Shown here: piece after piece, positions 31,781 to 42,856 of the stretch
How the letters are laid out: every line of letters begins with the position of its first letter
Position numbering within the stretch: the stretch's first letter is position 1
DNA from: Candidatus Latescibacterota bacterium
Lineage (GTDB): Bacteria; Latescibacterota; UBA2968; UBA8231
Assembly: GCA_965206595.1 (NCBI GenBank)
Contig: OZ242214.1
Coordinates: 5,344,001 to 5,408,000, forward strand
DNA: 64,000 nucleotides
Direction: 5' to 3'
Translations under genes and position numbers: made by a program
Notes under the pieces: generated by a model
What the model saw: only the letters and a program-made list of their open reading frames with translations
What the model was told of the DNA's origin: nothing
Database searches by the model: none

Positions 31781-33037
31781 ATGACCGATTGGCGACCTTC
31801 AGTACCAGTTCGGGGGCAGCGGATCAACGCCGGAAACGGCGGTCTGCACGTTCCCGACAATCCCATAATTCCATTCATAGAGGGGGACGGCACCGGGCCC
31901 GACATATGGGCCGCGGCGGCCAAGGTTTTCGACGCGGCCCTCGGGAAGGCCTACGGTGGCCGCCGCGGCATCGCCTGGATGGAAGTGCTTGCCGGTCAGA
32001 AGGCGTTCGACACCACGGGAGACTGGCTGCCCGAGGCGACGGTCCAGGCGTTCCGCGACTACCTCGTCGGCATCAAGGGGCCCCTGACCACGCCGGTCGG
32101 CGGTGGCATTCGCAGTCTCAACGTCGCCCTGAGGCAGATCCTCGACCTCTACGTCTGTCTGCGGCCGGTGCGGCATTTCGAGGGGGTTCCGTCCCCGGTG
32201 CGGCAGCCCGAGCTCGTCGACATGGCGATCTTCCGCGAGAACACCGAGGATATCTACGCCGGCATCGAGTTCCAATACGGCGACGCCGATACCTCCCGGT
32301 TCAGCGACCTGATGGGACAGCACTTCTCCGAGCGCTTCGCCAAGGTGCGCTTTCCGCGCACGGCCGCGTTCGGCATCAAGCCGGTGTCGCGGGAAGGCAC
32401 GTCGCGTCTCGTGAAGGCGGCCATCGACTACGCCATCGAACGCGGCCGCGACAGCGTTACCCTCGTGCACAAGGGCAACATCATGAAGTTCACCGAGGGC
32501 GCCTTCCGCGACTGGGGATACGAGGTGGCGAAGAAGGAGTACGGCGGGGCCGAGATCGACGGGGGACCATGGGTTGCGCTGCAGGTCGACGGTCGCGAGA
32601 TCGTCGTCAAGGACGTGATCGCCGACGCATTTCTGCAGCAGATTCTCACGCGCCCGGCGGAGTACGATGTCATCGCCACCCTCAATCTCAACGGGGACTA
32701 CATCAGCGATGCCCTCGCCGCCTGCGTGGGCGGAATCGGCATAGCGCCCGGCGGCAACATCAACTACCAGTCCGGGCACGCCATTTTCGAAGCGACCCAC
32801 GGCACCGCTCCCAAGTACGCCGGTCAGGACAAAGTGAACCCTGGTTCGGTGATCCTCTCGGGGGAGATGATGTTTCGCCACCTCGGCTGGAATGAAGCGG
32901 CCGACCTGATCATAGACGGTCTCGAGCGGACTATCGGCAGCAAGATCGTGACCTACGACTTCGCACGCCTTATGGAGGAGGCTACCGAGGTGAAGTGCTC
33001 GGAATTTGGGGCGGCTATAGCCGGCAACATGGGGTAG
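31781..33037 (+). CDS. icd: NADP-dependent isocitrate dehydrogenase
   Basis: [43 protein letters not shown]. Confidence 0.97.
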   Translation: MTDWRPSVPVRGQRINAGNGGLHVPDNPIIPFIEGDGTGPDIWAAAAKVFDAALGKAYGGRRGIAWMEVLAGQKAFDTTGDWLPEATVQAFRDYLVGIKGPLTTPVGGGIRSLNVALRQILDLYVCLRPVRHFEGVPSPVRQPELVDMAIFRENTEDIYAGIEFQYGDADTSRFSDLMGQHFSERFAKVRFPRTAAFGIKPVSREGTSRLVKAAIDYAIERGRDSVTLVHKGNIMKFTEGAFRDWGYEVAKKEYGGAEIDGGPWVALQVDGREIVVKDVIADAFLQQILTRPAEYDVIATLNLNGDYISDALAACVGGIGIAPGGNINYQSGHAIFEATHGTAPKYAGQDKVNPGSVILSGEMMFRHLGWNEAADLIIDGLERTIGSKIVTYDFARLMEEATEVKCSEFGAAIAGNMG

Positions 33038-33059
33038 GTCCCCGATTCCATCCGGACAC

Positions 33060-33551
33060 ATGGCGGATTCCAGGCTTACCCACGTCGACGAGGCGGGTCG
33101 CGTGCGCATGGTCGACGTCAGCGGCAAGGATGTCACCGACCGCCTGGCGCGCGCCCGGGGCGAGATCCTCATGCAGGCGGACACGGTTCGCCTTATCGCT
33201 GACAACCGGATCGCCAAGGGGAACGTGATCGAGACCGCCCGTCTCGCCGGCATCATGGCGGCCAAACGTACCGCCGATCTGATACCCCTCTGCCACCCGC
33301 TCAATCTCACCGCCATAGACCTGGAATTCGAGATCGCCGAGGACCGCGTCCGCGTGTCGGCGGAAGCGAGAATTTCCGCCAGGACCGGGGTCGAAATGGA
33401 GGCCCTGACCGCGGTGACCGCGGCCTTGCTGACGATCTACGACATGTGCAAGGCGGTCGATCGCGGGATGGTGCTGTCGGAGGTCAGGCTGGTGGAAAAA
33501 CAGGGGGGGAGCCGGAGCTACCCGGCGTCGGGCACGAGCTCAGGATCCTGA
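33060..33551 (+). CDS. moaC: Cyclic pyranopterin monophosphate synthase MoaC
   Basis: LTHVD, MVDVS, LIPLCHP, TGVEMEAL, YDMCKAVD. Confidence 0.96.
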   Translation: MADSRLTHVDEAGRVRMVDVSGKDVTDRLARARGEILMQADTVRLIADNRIAKGNVIETARLAGIMAAKRTADLIPLCHPLNLTAIDLEFEIAEDRVRVSAEARISARTGVEMEALTAVTAALLTIYDMCKAVDRGMVLSEVRLVEKQGGSRSYPASGTSSGS

Positions 33552-33621
33552 GCCGGAGTCCCTCGGGGCGCAACGGCGTCCGGCAACGGAGCGCGGCAGT
33601 GGCCCCGGGTTTCACAAGGGC

Positions 33622-34539
33622 TCATTCCAGCAGGCCGGAGACCTTCAGCAGCACTGCCTTCTGGCTGTGGAGCCGGTTTTCCGCTTGCGAATAGATCAGC
33701 GAGCGGGAATCCTCGAGCAGCTCACCCTCGATCTCATACCCCCGATGCGCCGGCAGGCAGTGCATTACCCGCGTATCGAGGCCGCGCAGCAGCTCGCGGT
33801 TTACCTGGAACGGCTGGAACTCCTCGATGCGCCGCTCCTTCTCCGTCGCGAATGCCGGATCGACGAAGTACTCCATGTCGATCCAGGTGTCGGTGTAGAT
33901 AATATCGCTCCCCTCGACCGCGGCGCGCAGGTCGTCCGCGGTCCGGTAGGCACCCAGGTTCCGCGCCTCCTGAAAGAGCTCCTCGTCCCTGGCCTCCGCG
34001 TTGGTTTCGGGGGCGACGACGGTGATTTCCATACCGAGCTTCGCCGCCGCGGCGATCAGCGAGTTGGTGACGTTGTTGTGCACACCCGTGTAGGTCAGGC
34101 GGATTCCATCGAGGCGGCCGAAGGTTTCCTGGATGGTCTGCAGGTCGGCGAGGATCTGCATGGGGTGGTAGCGGTCGCAGCAGCCGTTCATCACCGGAAC
34201 CAGCGAGTTTTCGGCCGTCGTCAGAACGTCCTTGTGAAGCAGGAGACGGGCGACGATGAAATCGCAGTAAGAGGACAGGACTCGCACCTCGTCGCCGAGC
34301 TCCGCAAGGCCGAAGTTCGTGGTCGTCCAGTCGAGGTAAACGGCCTGTCCCCCGAGTTGCATCATCCCTATCTCCCCGGAGCAGCGCGTCCGCGTGGAGG
34401 TCTTCTGAAACAGCAGCGCCAGGGTCTTTCCGGCGAGGAGGGTGCGGTGCCGGCTCGAATCCCGCCTGAGAGCAGCACCTTCCTCGACCACGGCCAGGAT
34501 GTCCTCGCGGCTCCAGTCTTTCAGGGTTACCAGGTTCAC
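33622..34539 (-). CDS. argF: Ornithine carbamoyltransferase
   Basis: STRT, HPMQILAD, MHCLPAHRG, QAENRLH. Confidence 0.85.
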   Translation of the reverse strand: MNLVTLKDWSREDILAVVEEGAALRRDSSRHRTLLAGKTLALLFQKTSTRTRCSGEIGMMQLGGQAVYLDWTTTNFGLAELGDEVRVLSSYCDFIVARLLLHKDVLTTAENSLVPVMNGCCDRYHPMQILADLQTIQETFGRLDGIRLTYTGVHNNVTNSLIAAAAKLGMEITVVAPETNAEARDEELFQEARNLGAYRTADDLRAAVEGSDIIYTDTWIDMEYFVDPAFATEKERRIEEFQPFQVNRELLRGLDTRVMHCLPAHRGYEIEGELLEDSRSLIYSQAENRLHSQKAVLLKVSGLLE

Positions 34540-35489
34540 GCCAGTGCCTTCTCGATTTCGCCGATAACCGCAGCAGTGACCGAAGCAAGATCCCCCCGGC
34601 GTCGGCAGCCGGCTGCGCGTTGGTGTCCGCCCCCGCCCAAATGGGAGGCCACGGCGCTGACATCGACTTCGCTCCGCGACCTCAAGCTGACGCGGAACTG
34701 CCCCGGTTTTTCTTCCTTCAGCAGGGCGGCCACTTCGACACCCTTGATCATCAGTCCGTAGTTGACCACTTCTACCGGGTCGCCCCGGTGCATGTCTTCG
34801 TGCGAAAGGTGAAAGAGAGCGATGCGGTCTTCACCCAGCAGCGACAGGGACTCGACGGCCTTGCCGAGCAGCTTCATCTCACCGAAAGAGCAGTTGTTGT
34901 AAATACGGTCGGCGACGTAGTCGAGGCGCGCTCCGCAGCGAATCAGCTGTGCGGCGACGTCGTGGCTGCGGGCGCTCGTCAGCGAATAACGGAAGCTCCC
35001 GGTGTCGAAAAGAATCCCGGTGTACAGCTGTTCGGCCAGCGGCGCATCGATTTCCGCATCCATTGCCGCGTACAGGTGAAAGAGCAGCTCGCACGTCGAG
35101 CTGACATCCTCGGACACGAGGTTGGCAATGCCGAAATACCGGTTTTCCCTGTGGTGGTCGACGTTGAGGATCGCCGTGTCCGCCCCCAGGTGATCCCCGA
35201 CTGAGCCGATGCGGTCCAGCGACGGACAATCGAGGACCACCGCGGCGTCGGCGCCGTTGCCCTCCAGTCCGTCGGCCTGCTGAATTTCGCCGAATCCCTG
35301 CAGGAAATCGAATCTATCGGGAACATCGTCGAGAACGACGGTTGCGGACTTTCCCATTCCGGAAAGGAGGTTGGCCACCGCCAGGCAGCTGCCGATCGAA
35401 TCGCCGTCGCCGTTGACGTGGGAGGTCACGAAGAACGGGCCGGCGCGTTCGAGGAAGGCGATCGCGGCGTTGAAGTCGGTAAGGCTCAC
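34536..35489 (-). CDS. DHH/DHHA1 phosphoesterase (NrnA-like)
   Basis: DGDSIGS, DHH, DTGSF, SLRS, GGGGH. Confidence 0.9.
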   Translation of the reverse strand: MSLTDFNAAIAFLERAGPFFVTSHVNGDGDSIGSCLAVANLLSGMGKSATVVLDDVPDRFDFLQGFGEIQQADGLEGNGADAAVVLDCPSLDRIGSVGDHLGADTAILNVDHHRENRYFGIANLVSEDVSSTCELLFHLYAAMDAEIDAPLAEQLYTGILFDTGSFRYSLTSARSHDVAAQLIRCGARLDYVADRIYNNCSFGEMKLLGKAVESLSLLGEDRIALFHLSHEDMHRGDPVEVVNYGLMIKGVEVAALLKEEKPGQFRVSLRSRSEVDVSAVASHLGGGGHQRAAGCRRRGDLASVTAAVIGEIEKALA

Positions 35490-35503
35490 TGGACAGCGTC
35501 AGA

Positions 35504-36310
35504 TCAGTTGGGAAGCCTGAGGACGAAGTGGACCCGGTCCGAACGGTCGGACCCGCGGTGCATGGAGAAGCCGTCGAAGGCAGCGAGGAATTCGAACCGG
35601 CTGGCGGCGACCATGGCGGCCATTTCGTCGAACTCGTAGATCCGCTGCTCGTGTGTTTCGCAAACGCGGCGGTCTTCGTAGCCGATATCGAACGAATTGA
35701 ACTGCACGCGGCGCTCTGCGTCGTAGAAGCTGTGCCGCGTGTAGACGAACCCCGGGCCCTCCTCTGCGTCGCGCACGTCCCGGAAGTGGTCGAGGGAGTT
35801 ACGCTCGGTGCAGATGTCGAACACGAAGACTCCCTCGGGCTTCAGCAGGCCCGCAACCGATTCCAGCGCGGCACCGACCTCCCCCTCGGTCATCAGGTAG
35901 TTGAAGCTGTCGTACAGGCAGGTTGCGGCATCGAACTGCCCGAGACCTTCGAGGCTGCGCAGGTCTCCTGTCGAGAACGGAACCGCAGATTCGATGCTCG
36001 CCGCCTTGCCCTGAGCCACGGCGACCATCGCAGCGGAAGCGTCGACGCCCGAAACCTCGTAGTCCAGCTTGCTGAACTCCAGGGTGACGTTGCCAGTGCC
36101 GCAGGCGAGATCGACGAGGGTTCCGGGTCCGTTTCCGAACTTCCCCAAGAGAGTGTCGACGTAGCCCGCCCAGGAGACGTAGTCCACGTGCCTCATCACG
36201 AAATCGTATATGGCGGCCAGCCCTTCGTAAGGCGGTCTCTGTGGCGTCGCGCCATCGTGGGGGGCGGCTCGCGACACCGGAAACGGAGAGTATTCCGGTA
36301 CTGGGTTCAC
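35504..36310 (-). CDS. Class I SAM-dependent methyltransferase
   Basis: VDLACGTG, DSFNYL. Confidence 0.85.
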   Translation of the reverse strand: MNPVPEYSPFPVSRAAPHDGATPQRPPYEGLAAIYDFVMRHVDYVSWAGYVDTLLGKFGNGPGTLVDLACGTGNVTLEFSKLDYEVSGVDASAAMVAVAQGKAASIESAVPFSTGDLRSLEGLGQFDAATCLYDSFNYLMTEGEVGAALESVAGLLKPEGVFVFDICTERNSLDHFRDVRDAEEGPGFVYTRHSFYDAERRVQFNSFDIGYEDRRVCETHEQRIYEFDEMAAMVAASRFEFLAAFDGFSMHRGSDRSDRVHFVLRLPN

Positions 36311-36433
36311 AGGCGCCTTCCCTGAATTACCATCCGGCCGCGGGGACGCATCGGCGAAGAACAGGGGCTGGGGAGGACCGGGCTGCTGCCAGGGGATTCC
36401 CCGGCGAAGGTTCGTTGCTACGAGAACCCTTTA

Positions 36434-36739
36434 TCATGGAAGCGGCTCATCGTCGTCGAAACCCAGGATCTCATCCCGCCTGCGGCGCTCGGTGTGCAGC
36501 ACGCGGACGAAATTCAAGCGCTGTTTTTTCGGCACAGGTCTGGATGGGATCTCGATGATCTCGGCCTCCACGTGCGCATCCTCCAAGTCTAATATCAGCA
36601 CCTCACCGGCCCTGGGCTCGCGCGCCGGCTTGGCGGCGGCCCCGGCGATAGTGACACGGCCCTCCTCGCATACCCGCTTGGCGTCGCTGCGCCGTGCGAA
36701 CAGGCCGGTGTTCTTCAGATAGGCGTCCAGCCGCGGCAT
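36434..36739 (-). CDS. S4-domain RNA-binding protein (Hsp15/RqcP-like)
   Basis: RLDAYLK...RRSDAK...GRV...KPA. Confidence 0.8.
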   Translation of the reverse strand: MPRLDAYLKNTGLFARRSDAKRVCEEGRVTIAGAAAKPAREPRAGEVLILDLEDAHVEAEIIEIPSRPVPKKQRLNFVRVLHTERRRRDEILGFDDDEPLP

Positions 36740-36749
36740 GCCTGCAGGT

Positions 36750-38096
36750 TCAACCTCGCTTCCCGTCCGTGCCCGAGGCCGAATCGCTCCCAGCTTCGCG
36801 CGGGTCCCACAGGAACTGTTCCTCGTCGAGGCGGTTTTCCAGGTGTATTTCTTTCTTGAAATCCTCGATCAGCTCGACCATGAGCTCGTTCATGCGCACC
36901 TCCCGAACCAACCCCTCGAGGGTCGGGTGATCGTCGTTGATCTTGAGGATGTGACCGTCCTCCTCGAGCAGGAAGGGCTGCGATACCTCCCCGAGCTTGA
37001 GATGCCCGATGTGGGGCTGCAGAAACGTTGGAATCTGCCGTGAGTCCAGGATCTGCCAGAGGCCGCCGGCTCTCGCGCTCTGGAGGTCTTCGGAGAATTC
37101 CTTGGCCAGGGGGGCGAAATCCTCCCCCGTCATTGCCCGCTGGCGCAGCTCCGACAGGCGGGCAAGGGTGCGCTCGCGGTCGTCGGCGGTGATGCGGGAG
37201 CGCACGAGGATGTGACTGGCGCACAGCTCGTCTTCCCGCTTCTCGTGCAGGCGGATCAGGTGGAATCCGTGCTTGGTGCGCACCGGGTGCGATATCTCCT
37301 CGGGCTTCAGCTCGAGAGCGGCCATCTCGAACTCAGGCATCAACATGCCGAACTCGAAGCAGCCGAGATCCCCTCCCGCGGCGGCTGTGCCAGGGTCTTC
37401 CGAGTAGATCCTGGCCAGCTCGGAAAAATCACCCCCCGCGTCGATCTCCTCCTCGATACGGGAGATTCTGGCCATCGACGCGGTGAGAACCTCCTGGGAG
37501 GGACTCACCTTGATGTTGATCTGGCTGATCGAAATCCGGAAAGGCAGGGTGTCTGCGTGGGCATTGCGAAACTCCTCGACGTCTCCCCGGGTGATGAAGG
37601 TCCGGTAGGCGAGCTGCCCGAGCATCTGCTCGTAGAGCATGCGGTTCTGGATCTGTTTGCGATAGCGCGTCTTCAGCTGGCGCTCACTGATCCCGGTGCG
37701 TTCCAGCATGTCCTCGAACTCCGCAGGATCAATGCTGTCCTTGATGCGGCCCAGCTCGGCGTTGAGCAACTCGTCGACGCGAGAGTAGTCGATCTCCAGA
37801 CTGTCCTTCCTCGCCTTGAGAACGACGACCTGCTCGTCGATCATCTCGGCCAGGGTGCGTTGGCGGCGCCTGTCGATCTCCTCCGGACCGAGATAAGTCA
37901 ACCCCTGCTGCTGCAGCTCGAGGCTCAGCCTGAGGTTCAGCTCCGACCACAGGATCACCTGGTCGTCGACGACCGCGACGATTCGGTCCAGCAGCTCCGG
38001 AACCGCGTCCGCCGGCCTCGGGGTCCCCAGTAGACTGATCAGGAAAACGGGCAAGGCTGTCGCGAGGAGCAGGTTTTTTCGAAGGGATGCAGTCAT
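36750..38096 (-). CDS. SurA-like chaperone/peptidylprolyl isomerase
   Basis: Signal peptide, DRIVAVVD, two parvulin domains (GGDLG, SHILV). Confidence 0.85.
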   Translation of the reverse strand: MTASLRKNLLLATALPVFLISLLGTPRPADAVPELLDRIVAVVDDQVILWSELNLRLSLELQQQGLTYLGPEEIDRRRQRTLAEMIDEQVVVLKARKDSLEIDYSRVDELLNAELGRIKDSIDPAEFEDMLERTGISERQLKTRYRKQIQNRMLYEQMLGQLAYRTFITRGDVEEFRNAHADTLPFRISISQINIKVSPSQEVLTASMARISRIEEEIDAGGDFSELARIYSEDPGTAAAGGDLGCFEFGMLMPEFEMAALELKPEEISHPVRTKHGFHLIRLHEKREDELCASHILVRSRITADDRERTLARLSELRQRAMTGEDFAPLAKEFSEDLQSARAGGLWQILDSRQIPTFLQPHIGHLKLGEVSQPFLLEEDGHILKINDDHPTLEGLVREVRMNELMVELIEDFKKEIHLENRLDEEQFLWDPREAGSDSASGTDGKRG

Positions 38097-38139
38097 TGGT
38101 TCGGTTCATTCGCAGGCCTGAAGCCTGCAGCGGTGGTGA

Positions 38140-38955
38140 TCAGTTGACGGAGATTTCCCAGGAGCGCCGGGCCTTCAGTGCTTCGACCAGCTCGTCGAGG
38201 CGGCGCCGGTGCTCTTCGAAAACGATGGTGTCGACGATCTCGGAGCGAACCTGTTCCAGCGCCATCACGCTCCCGGCCGGTTCGTGCGCCAGGACGCGGA
38301 CGAGGTGGTAGCCGCGCTCTGTGCGGATCGGGTTCGACACCTCGCCTGGCGGCAGGTTCCGGCAGGGTTCCCACAGCTCCGGCAGGTCGTCGGCGGTGAA
38401 GTACCCGAGATCGCCGCCGACCATTTTGGTTTCCTGGTCGAGAGAGTTCTCCTCGGCAGCCTTCTCGAAGGAGTCGCCCTGCAACAGTCTCAGACGCAGG
38501 GCGACCGCCCGGCGGAGGTTGGCGAGCAGAATGTGCTGTACCCTGATTTCCGCCTGTGGGCGCTGGTAGTCGTTCTGGTGATTGCGGTAGTATGCGGCCA
38601 CCGCTTCATCGCCGACAACGACGGGGCGATTCGCCAAGACGCTGTCGAGGAAGGAGGCCGCCACGAGATCGCGGCGAGCCTGTTCGATCAAGCGCCGCAC
38701 GTGCGCTTTCTCGTGTACCTTGAGATCGAGCGCTTCCCGGTAAATCAACTCCTGCCCGACCCAGTCCTCGATGAATTGACTGCGCTCGACCGCCGCCAGT
38801 TCCTCGTCGAGCTGATCCGGAAGCTGGTCGGCGAGTTCGGCCTCGGTGAGAACTACATCGTCGACGCGGGCAACGATCTCGGAGGCGTCTCGCTGTTGCC
38901 CGCAGCCTGTGAGCAGCGCCGCCGATATCGAGAGCGCGGCCTGAAACCTCGTCAC
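38140..38955 (-). CDS. PpiC-type peptidylprolyl isomerase lipoprotein
   Basis: LTGC lipobox; HIL, GGDLGYF, GYHLV. Confidence 0.85.
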   Translation of the reverse strand: MTRFQAALSISAALLTGCGQQRDASEIVARVDDVVLTEAELADQLPDQLDEELAAVERSQFIEDWVGQELIYREALDLKVHEKAHVRRLIEQARRDLVAASFLDSVLANRPVVVGDEAVAAYYRNHQNDYQRPQAEIRVQHILLANLRRAVALRLRLLQGDSFEKAAEENSLDQETKMVGGDLGYFTADDLPELWEPCRNLPPGEVSNPIRTERGYHLVRVLAHEPAGSVMALEQVRSEIVDTIVFEEHRRRLDELVEALKARRSWEISVN

Positions 38956-41900
38956 ACCAGTTCCTGCATTACGCGTTTTGCCTTTTCAAGGCGTTCCTGT
39001 TCATCGCCGGCGCGCAGAAACGTCTCGATCGTAAGCCGCTCGGCGACGTCGAACTCGAGCTCGGACGAGCTCTTCTCGACCAGACGCTGAATATTGGATG
39101 GGGTGATCTGCACCTCTTCCGGGAAGACCAAGCGGAATCTCGATCTTTCCAGTTGCACCCCCGCCAGGCGCAGCTGCCGCGCCAACACCTTGATTTCCAT
39201 GATGTTCATCAGCGACCTGGCCTGCCAGGGCAGGCGCCCGAAGCGATCCTCCAGCTCTTCCTGGATCGCGAGCAGGTCGACGACGCGCCGGGCGTCGGCC
39301 AGACGCTGGTAGAAGCCGATCTTGAGATCGGCGTCGGATATGTAGTCCTCGGGGATGTAGGCGGTGGCGGCGATCCTGATGTCGGGCTCGACCTCCGGTT
39401 CCACCTCTTCTCCCTTCAATTCCCGCACCGCCTCGTCGAGCAGGCGGCAGTAGAGGTCGAAGCCGACTGCGTGTATGAAACCGTGCTGCTGCGCCCCCAG
39501 AAGATTGCCGGCGCCGCGGATCTCCATGTCGCGCATGGCGATGTTGAATCCGGAGCCGAGGTCGGCGAATTCCTCGATGGCGCGCAGGCGCAGTCGGGAC
39601 TTGCGCGTCAGGCGTTTGCCCTTGGGAACCAGCAGGTAGGCGTAGGCTCGCTCTTTCGAGCGGCCGACCCGGCCGCGGATCTGGTACAGCTGGCCCAGGC
39701 CCAGCATGTCGGGGCGGTTGACCAGGACCGTGTTGACCGTGGGGATGTCGATCCCGGACTCGATGATCATGGTGGTGACCAGGCAGTCGTATTTCCGCTC
39801 GAGAAAATCGAACATGATCTTTTCGAGCTGCCGCGAGCCCATCTGTCCGTGGGCGACGCAGAAACGGACGGCGGGCAACAACTCCTCAAGGTACTCGGCC
39901 AGCCGCTGAATCGACTGTACGCGGTTGTGAACGAAATAGACCTGCCCGCCGCGGGTGATCTCGTGGCTGATCGCTGCGGCGATGCGGTCCTCGTCGAAGG
40001 GCAGGATTTCGGTGTGGATCGGCAGTCTGTCCTGGGGCGGCGTGTTGATCACCGACATGTCCCTGGACCCCATCAGGGACATGTGCAGGGTGCGCGGAAT
40101 CGGCGTGGCGGTCAGGGTCATCACATCGATAAGGCGCTTGATCTGCTTCAGCTTTTCCTTGTGCCTGACGCCGAAGCGCTGCTCTTCGTCGACGACCAGC
40201 AGGCCCAGGTCGCGGAATTCGACGTCCTTCGACAAAATCCGGTGGGTGCCGATCAGAATGTCGACTTTGCCATCCTTGACATCCTTGGCGATCCGTTTCA
40301 GTTCCGTCGCGGTGCGGAACCGGCTCATGACCTCGATGCGGGCTGCGGTCTGCGACATCCGCTCCGAGAAGGTCAGGAAGTGCTGCTGCGCCAGGATCGT
40401 CGTCGGCACGAGAACCGCTACCTGCTTGCCGTCGCACACCGCCTTGTACGCGGCGCGCACGGCGACTTCCGTCTTTCCGTAGCCGACGTCCCCGCACACC
40501 AGCCGGTCCATCGGGTGGGACGCCTCCATGTCGCTCTTGACTTCCTCCACCGCGCGCAGCTGGTCGGGTGTTTCCTGGTATGGAAACGAGGCTTCCAGCT
40601 CCCGCTGCAGCGACGAGTCGACAGTGTAGCCGAATCCCGCCCGGGTCTGGCGCTCGGCGTTGAGCTGGATCAGCTCGCGGGCCATCTTGAAGATCTCTTC
40701 CCGGGTGCGCTCCTTGAGCTTCTCCCAGGCATTTCCGCCGAGCTTGTTGAGTAGCGGCGGTTCCCCTTCCGCGCCGGAGTACTTCCGCAACCGGTCGAGC
40801 TGTTCCACCGGGACGAACAGCTTGTCCTCCCCCTGGTAGAGGACCTCCAGGCAGTCGTGGTCGCGTCCGCTCAGCGTCAGCCTGCGAATGCCCCGGTAGC
40901 GCCCGACGCCGTGGTCGACGTGAACGACGAAGTCCCCGACTGAAAGTGAATCGCGGGAGGCGATCGGTTTGGCAGCCTTGAAGCGCCGGTAGCGGTAGCG
41001 CTGCTTGCGGCGGCTGAAGATCTCGTGATCGTTGAGCACCGCGATGCGGGCTTCCGGGAAGACGAAGCCGCGATGCAGCGTCCCCAGGCCGAAGGCCAGC
41101 TTGTCGGAGCCGTCGGCCAGGATCTCCTCCAGCCTGCTCGACTGGCCTTGCGTTTCGGTAAGGAGGTGGATCTCGTATCCCTGGACCTCGAGGGTCTCCA
41201 GTTCCTTCCGCAGCACGGTGAGTTCTCCCTGTACTACGCGGGGCTCGCGGCTTTCGAAGCGGACGGCGCTCCCGTAGGATCCTACCGGCGCCTGCGTCAG
41301 CCGGCGTTCCGCGGAGATGCGCTGGCGCAGCCAGTCGGCGTCCCGCACCAGCGCCGGGGGCGGCAGTCGGTCGCCGCGGTCGCGGTGTTTTTCGTAGTCG
41401 GCAGCCGAGGTCCTGAGGGCCTTGGCGATCTCGGGCTCGAACTCTTCGGACTCGTCGCAGAGAAGGACCGGGTCGTGGAGGTATTCGAAGAGGCCGTTGT
41501 CGCGGCCGTAGAGGAGGGACATGAAGGTCTCGATTCCCTCCAGGGATCCGCCGAGTTCGATCTGGTCCTTCAGGTGGTCGAGGCTGATTTCGTGGTCCCG
41601 TTCCGCATTCTCGATGGCGCCAGCGTATTGCTCGAACAGCGGAGGGTGAAGCAGGAGCTCGGCCGCCGGCAGCACGCTCACCTCCTCCATCGCGCTCAGC
41701 GAACGCTGGGTAGCGACGTCGAACTGGCGTATGGACTCGATTTCGTCTCCGAAGAACTCGAGACGCAGGGGGTGTTCGAGGGCAAACGGGAAGACGTCGA
41801 CGATACCGCCCCTGACGCTGAACTGCCCGACCCCGTCGACCATCGGGACGCGCTCGAACCCGGAGTCGACCAGATGCGAAGAGAGACTTTCAGGGGTCCG

Positions 41901-42359
41901 CTCCTCGCCGGACCGGAGCGACAGTATCCCATGCTCGAGGGCGTGCGGGGGGATTACGGGGGTCACCAGGGCGGCGGCCGGGGCGACGGCGATGGTGGGC
42001 CCGCGCCCTGCGAGCTGCGCCACCGCTTCGATGCGCAGCCGGGTTACTTCCTCGGAGGGGGAGCCCCCATCGTACAGGGCTACGTCCCATGCGGGGAAGT
42101 AGCGCACCACACCCTCGCCGGCAATGGCCTGCAGGTCGTCGCGCCAGCGTTCGGCGCCGTCTTCATCACTGGTGATAACCAGCAACGGCCGGTTCATCGA
42201 ACGCTGCACGTGGGTCGCCAGGAAGGCTGCCAGCGTCGCCGGCAGGCCGTGCAGAAGAACCTCCTCCTCCCCCTGCCGAAGGCGCCTCACGGTCTCTTTG
42301 AAAGCGGCGGTCAGCGCCGTCTTGCGAGCGATGTGATCGAGGGATGAAGCCGGGGTCAT
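38952..42359 (-). CDS. mfd: Transcription-repair coupling factor
   Basis: UvrB-homology region, VVHVDHGVG, CGDVGYGKTEVA, DEEQRFGV, QIRGRVGR. Confidence 0.97.
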   Translation of the reverse strand: MTPASSLDHIARKTALTAAFKETVRRLRQGEEEVLLHGLPATLAAFLATHVQRSMNRPLLVITSDEDGAERWRDDLQAIAGEGVVRYFPAWDVALYDGGSPSEEVTRLRIEAVAQLAGRGPTIAVAPAAALVTPVIPPHALEHGILSLRSGEERTPESLSSHLVDSGFERVPMVDGVGQFSVRGGIVDVFPFALEHPLRLEFFGDEIESIRQFDVATQRSLSAMEEVSVLPAAELLLHPPLFEQYAGAIENAERDHEISLDHLKDQIELGGSLEGIETFMSLLYGRDNGLFEYLHDPVLLCDESEEFEPEIAKALRTSAADYEKHRDRGDRLPPPALVRDADWLRQRISAERRLTQAPVGSYGSAVRFESREPRVVQGELTVLRKELETLEVQGYEIHLLTETQGQSSRLEEILADGSDKLAFGLGTLHRGFVFPEARIAVLNDHEIFSRRKQRYRYRRFKAAKPIASRDSLSVGDFVVHVDHGVGRYRGIRRLTLSGRDHDCLEVLYQGEDKLFVPVEQLDRLRKYSGAEGEPPLLNKLGGNAWEKLKERTREEIFKMARELIQLNAERQTRAGFGYTVDSSLQRELEASFPYQETPDQLRAVEEVKSDMEASHPMDRLVCGDVGYGKTEVAVRAAYKAVCDGKQVAVLVPTTILAQQHFLTFSERMSQTAARIEVMSRFRTATELKRIAKDVKDGKVDILIGTHRILSKDVEFRDLGLLVVDEEQRFGVRHKEKLKQIKRLIDVMTLTATPIPRTLHMSLMGSRDMSVINTPPQDRLPIHTEILPFDEDRIAAAISHEITRGGQVYFVHNRVQSIQRLAEYLEELLPAVRFCVAHGQMGSRQLEKIMFDFLERKYDCLVTTMIIESGIDIPTVNTVLVNRPDMLGLGQLYQIRGRVGRSKERAYAYLLVPKGKRLTRKSRLRLRAIEEFADLGSGFNIAMRDMEIRGAGNLLGAQQHGFIHAVGFDLYCRLLDEAVRELKGEEVEPEVEPDIRIAATAYIPEDYISDADLKIGFYQRLADARRVVDLLAIQEELEDRFGRLPWQARSLMNIMEIKVLARQLRLAGVQLERSRFRLVFPEEVQITPSNIQRLVEKSSSELEFDVAERLTIETFLRAGDEQERLEKAKRVMQELV

Positions 42360-42600
42360 TAAGGCAAAGAGCAGTCCCTAGACGGCTGTGCCGCCGCGGC
42401 AGGTGCGCCGGTGCGAAGGTGGTTCTGGTGTGGAGTGAGTTGGGGGCTTTGGGAGCGCCTGAGAAACTTGGAAAGATAAAGGGGCCTGGGAACCGGCGCC
42501 AATCCGACGCTTCTGCGAAAGGAGCCGAAACCGAGGTGATTGCAGCAACTGCTGACCAGGTTTGCCGGTCGTTCGGTCGATCCAACCGTGAACGGCCAAA

Positions 42601-42627
42601 AACTTTCTCACTCCTCCAGGCGTCTAA
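42601..42627 (+). promoter_or_regulatory. Putative ECF-type promoter
   Basis: AAC-N17-CGTCTAA ~60 nt upstream of the ECF sigma fragment. Confidence 0.45.
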
Positions 42628-42685
42628 CCCATTGGTCCTGCGGGAAGTCTCGACCGGGACGTCCTGGTTTGTCCATGAGGGTAAG

Positions 42686-42856
42686 ATGACGGACGCCGAA
42701 CTGGTGAGGCGTTTCCGCGGCGGCGATCCCCAGGTTTTCAACGCCCTGGTGGGGCTTAGGCAGGGGCGTCTCTACAACTTCATCCTGAGCTGTATGGGAG
42801 ATCGCGAAGAGGCACGGGATCTGTGCCAGAAGCGCAACAGCAGTCTCTGGTTCTGA
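42686..42856 (+). pseudogene. Truncated ECF sigma factor (region 2 only)
   Basis: MTDAELVRRFRGGDPQVFNALV...LYNFI...GDREEARDLCQ then premature stop. Confidence 0.75.
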
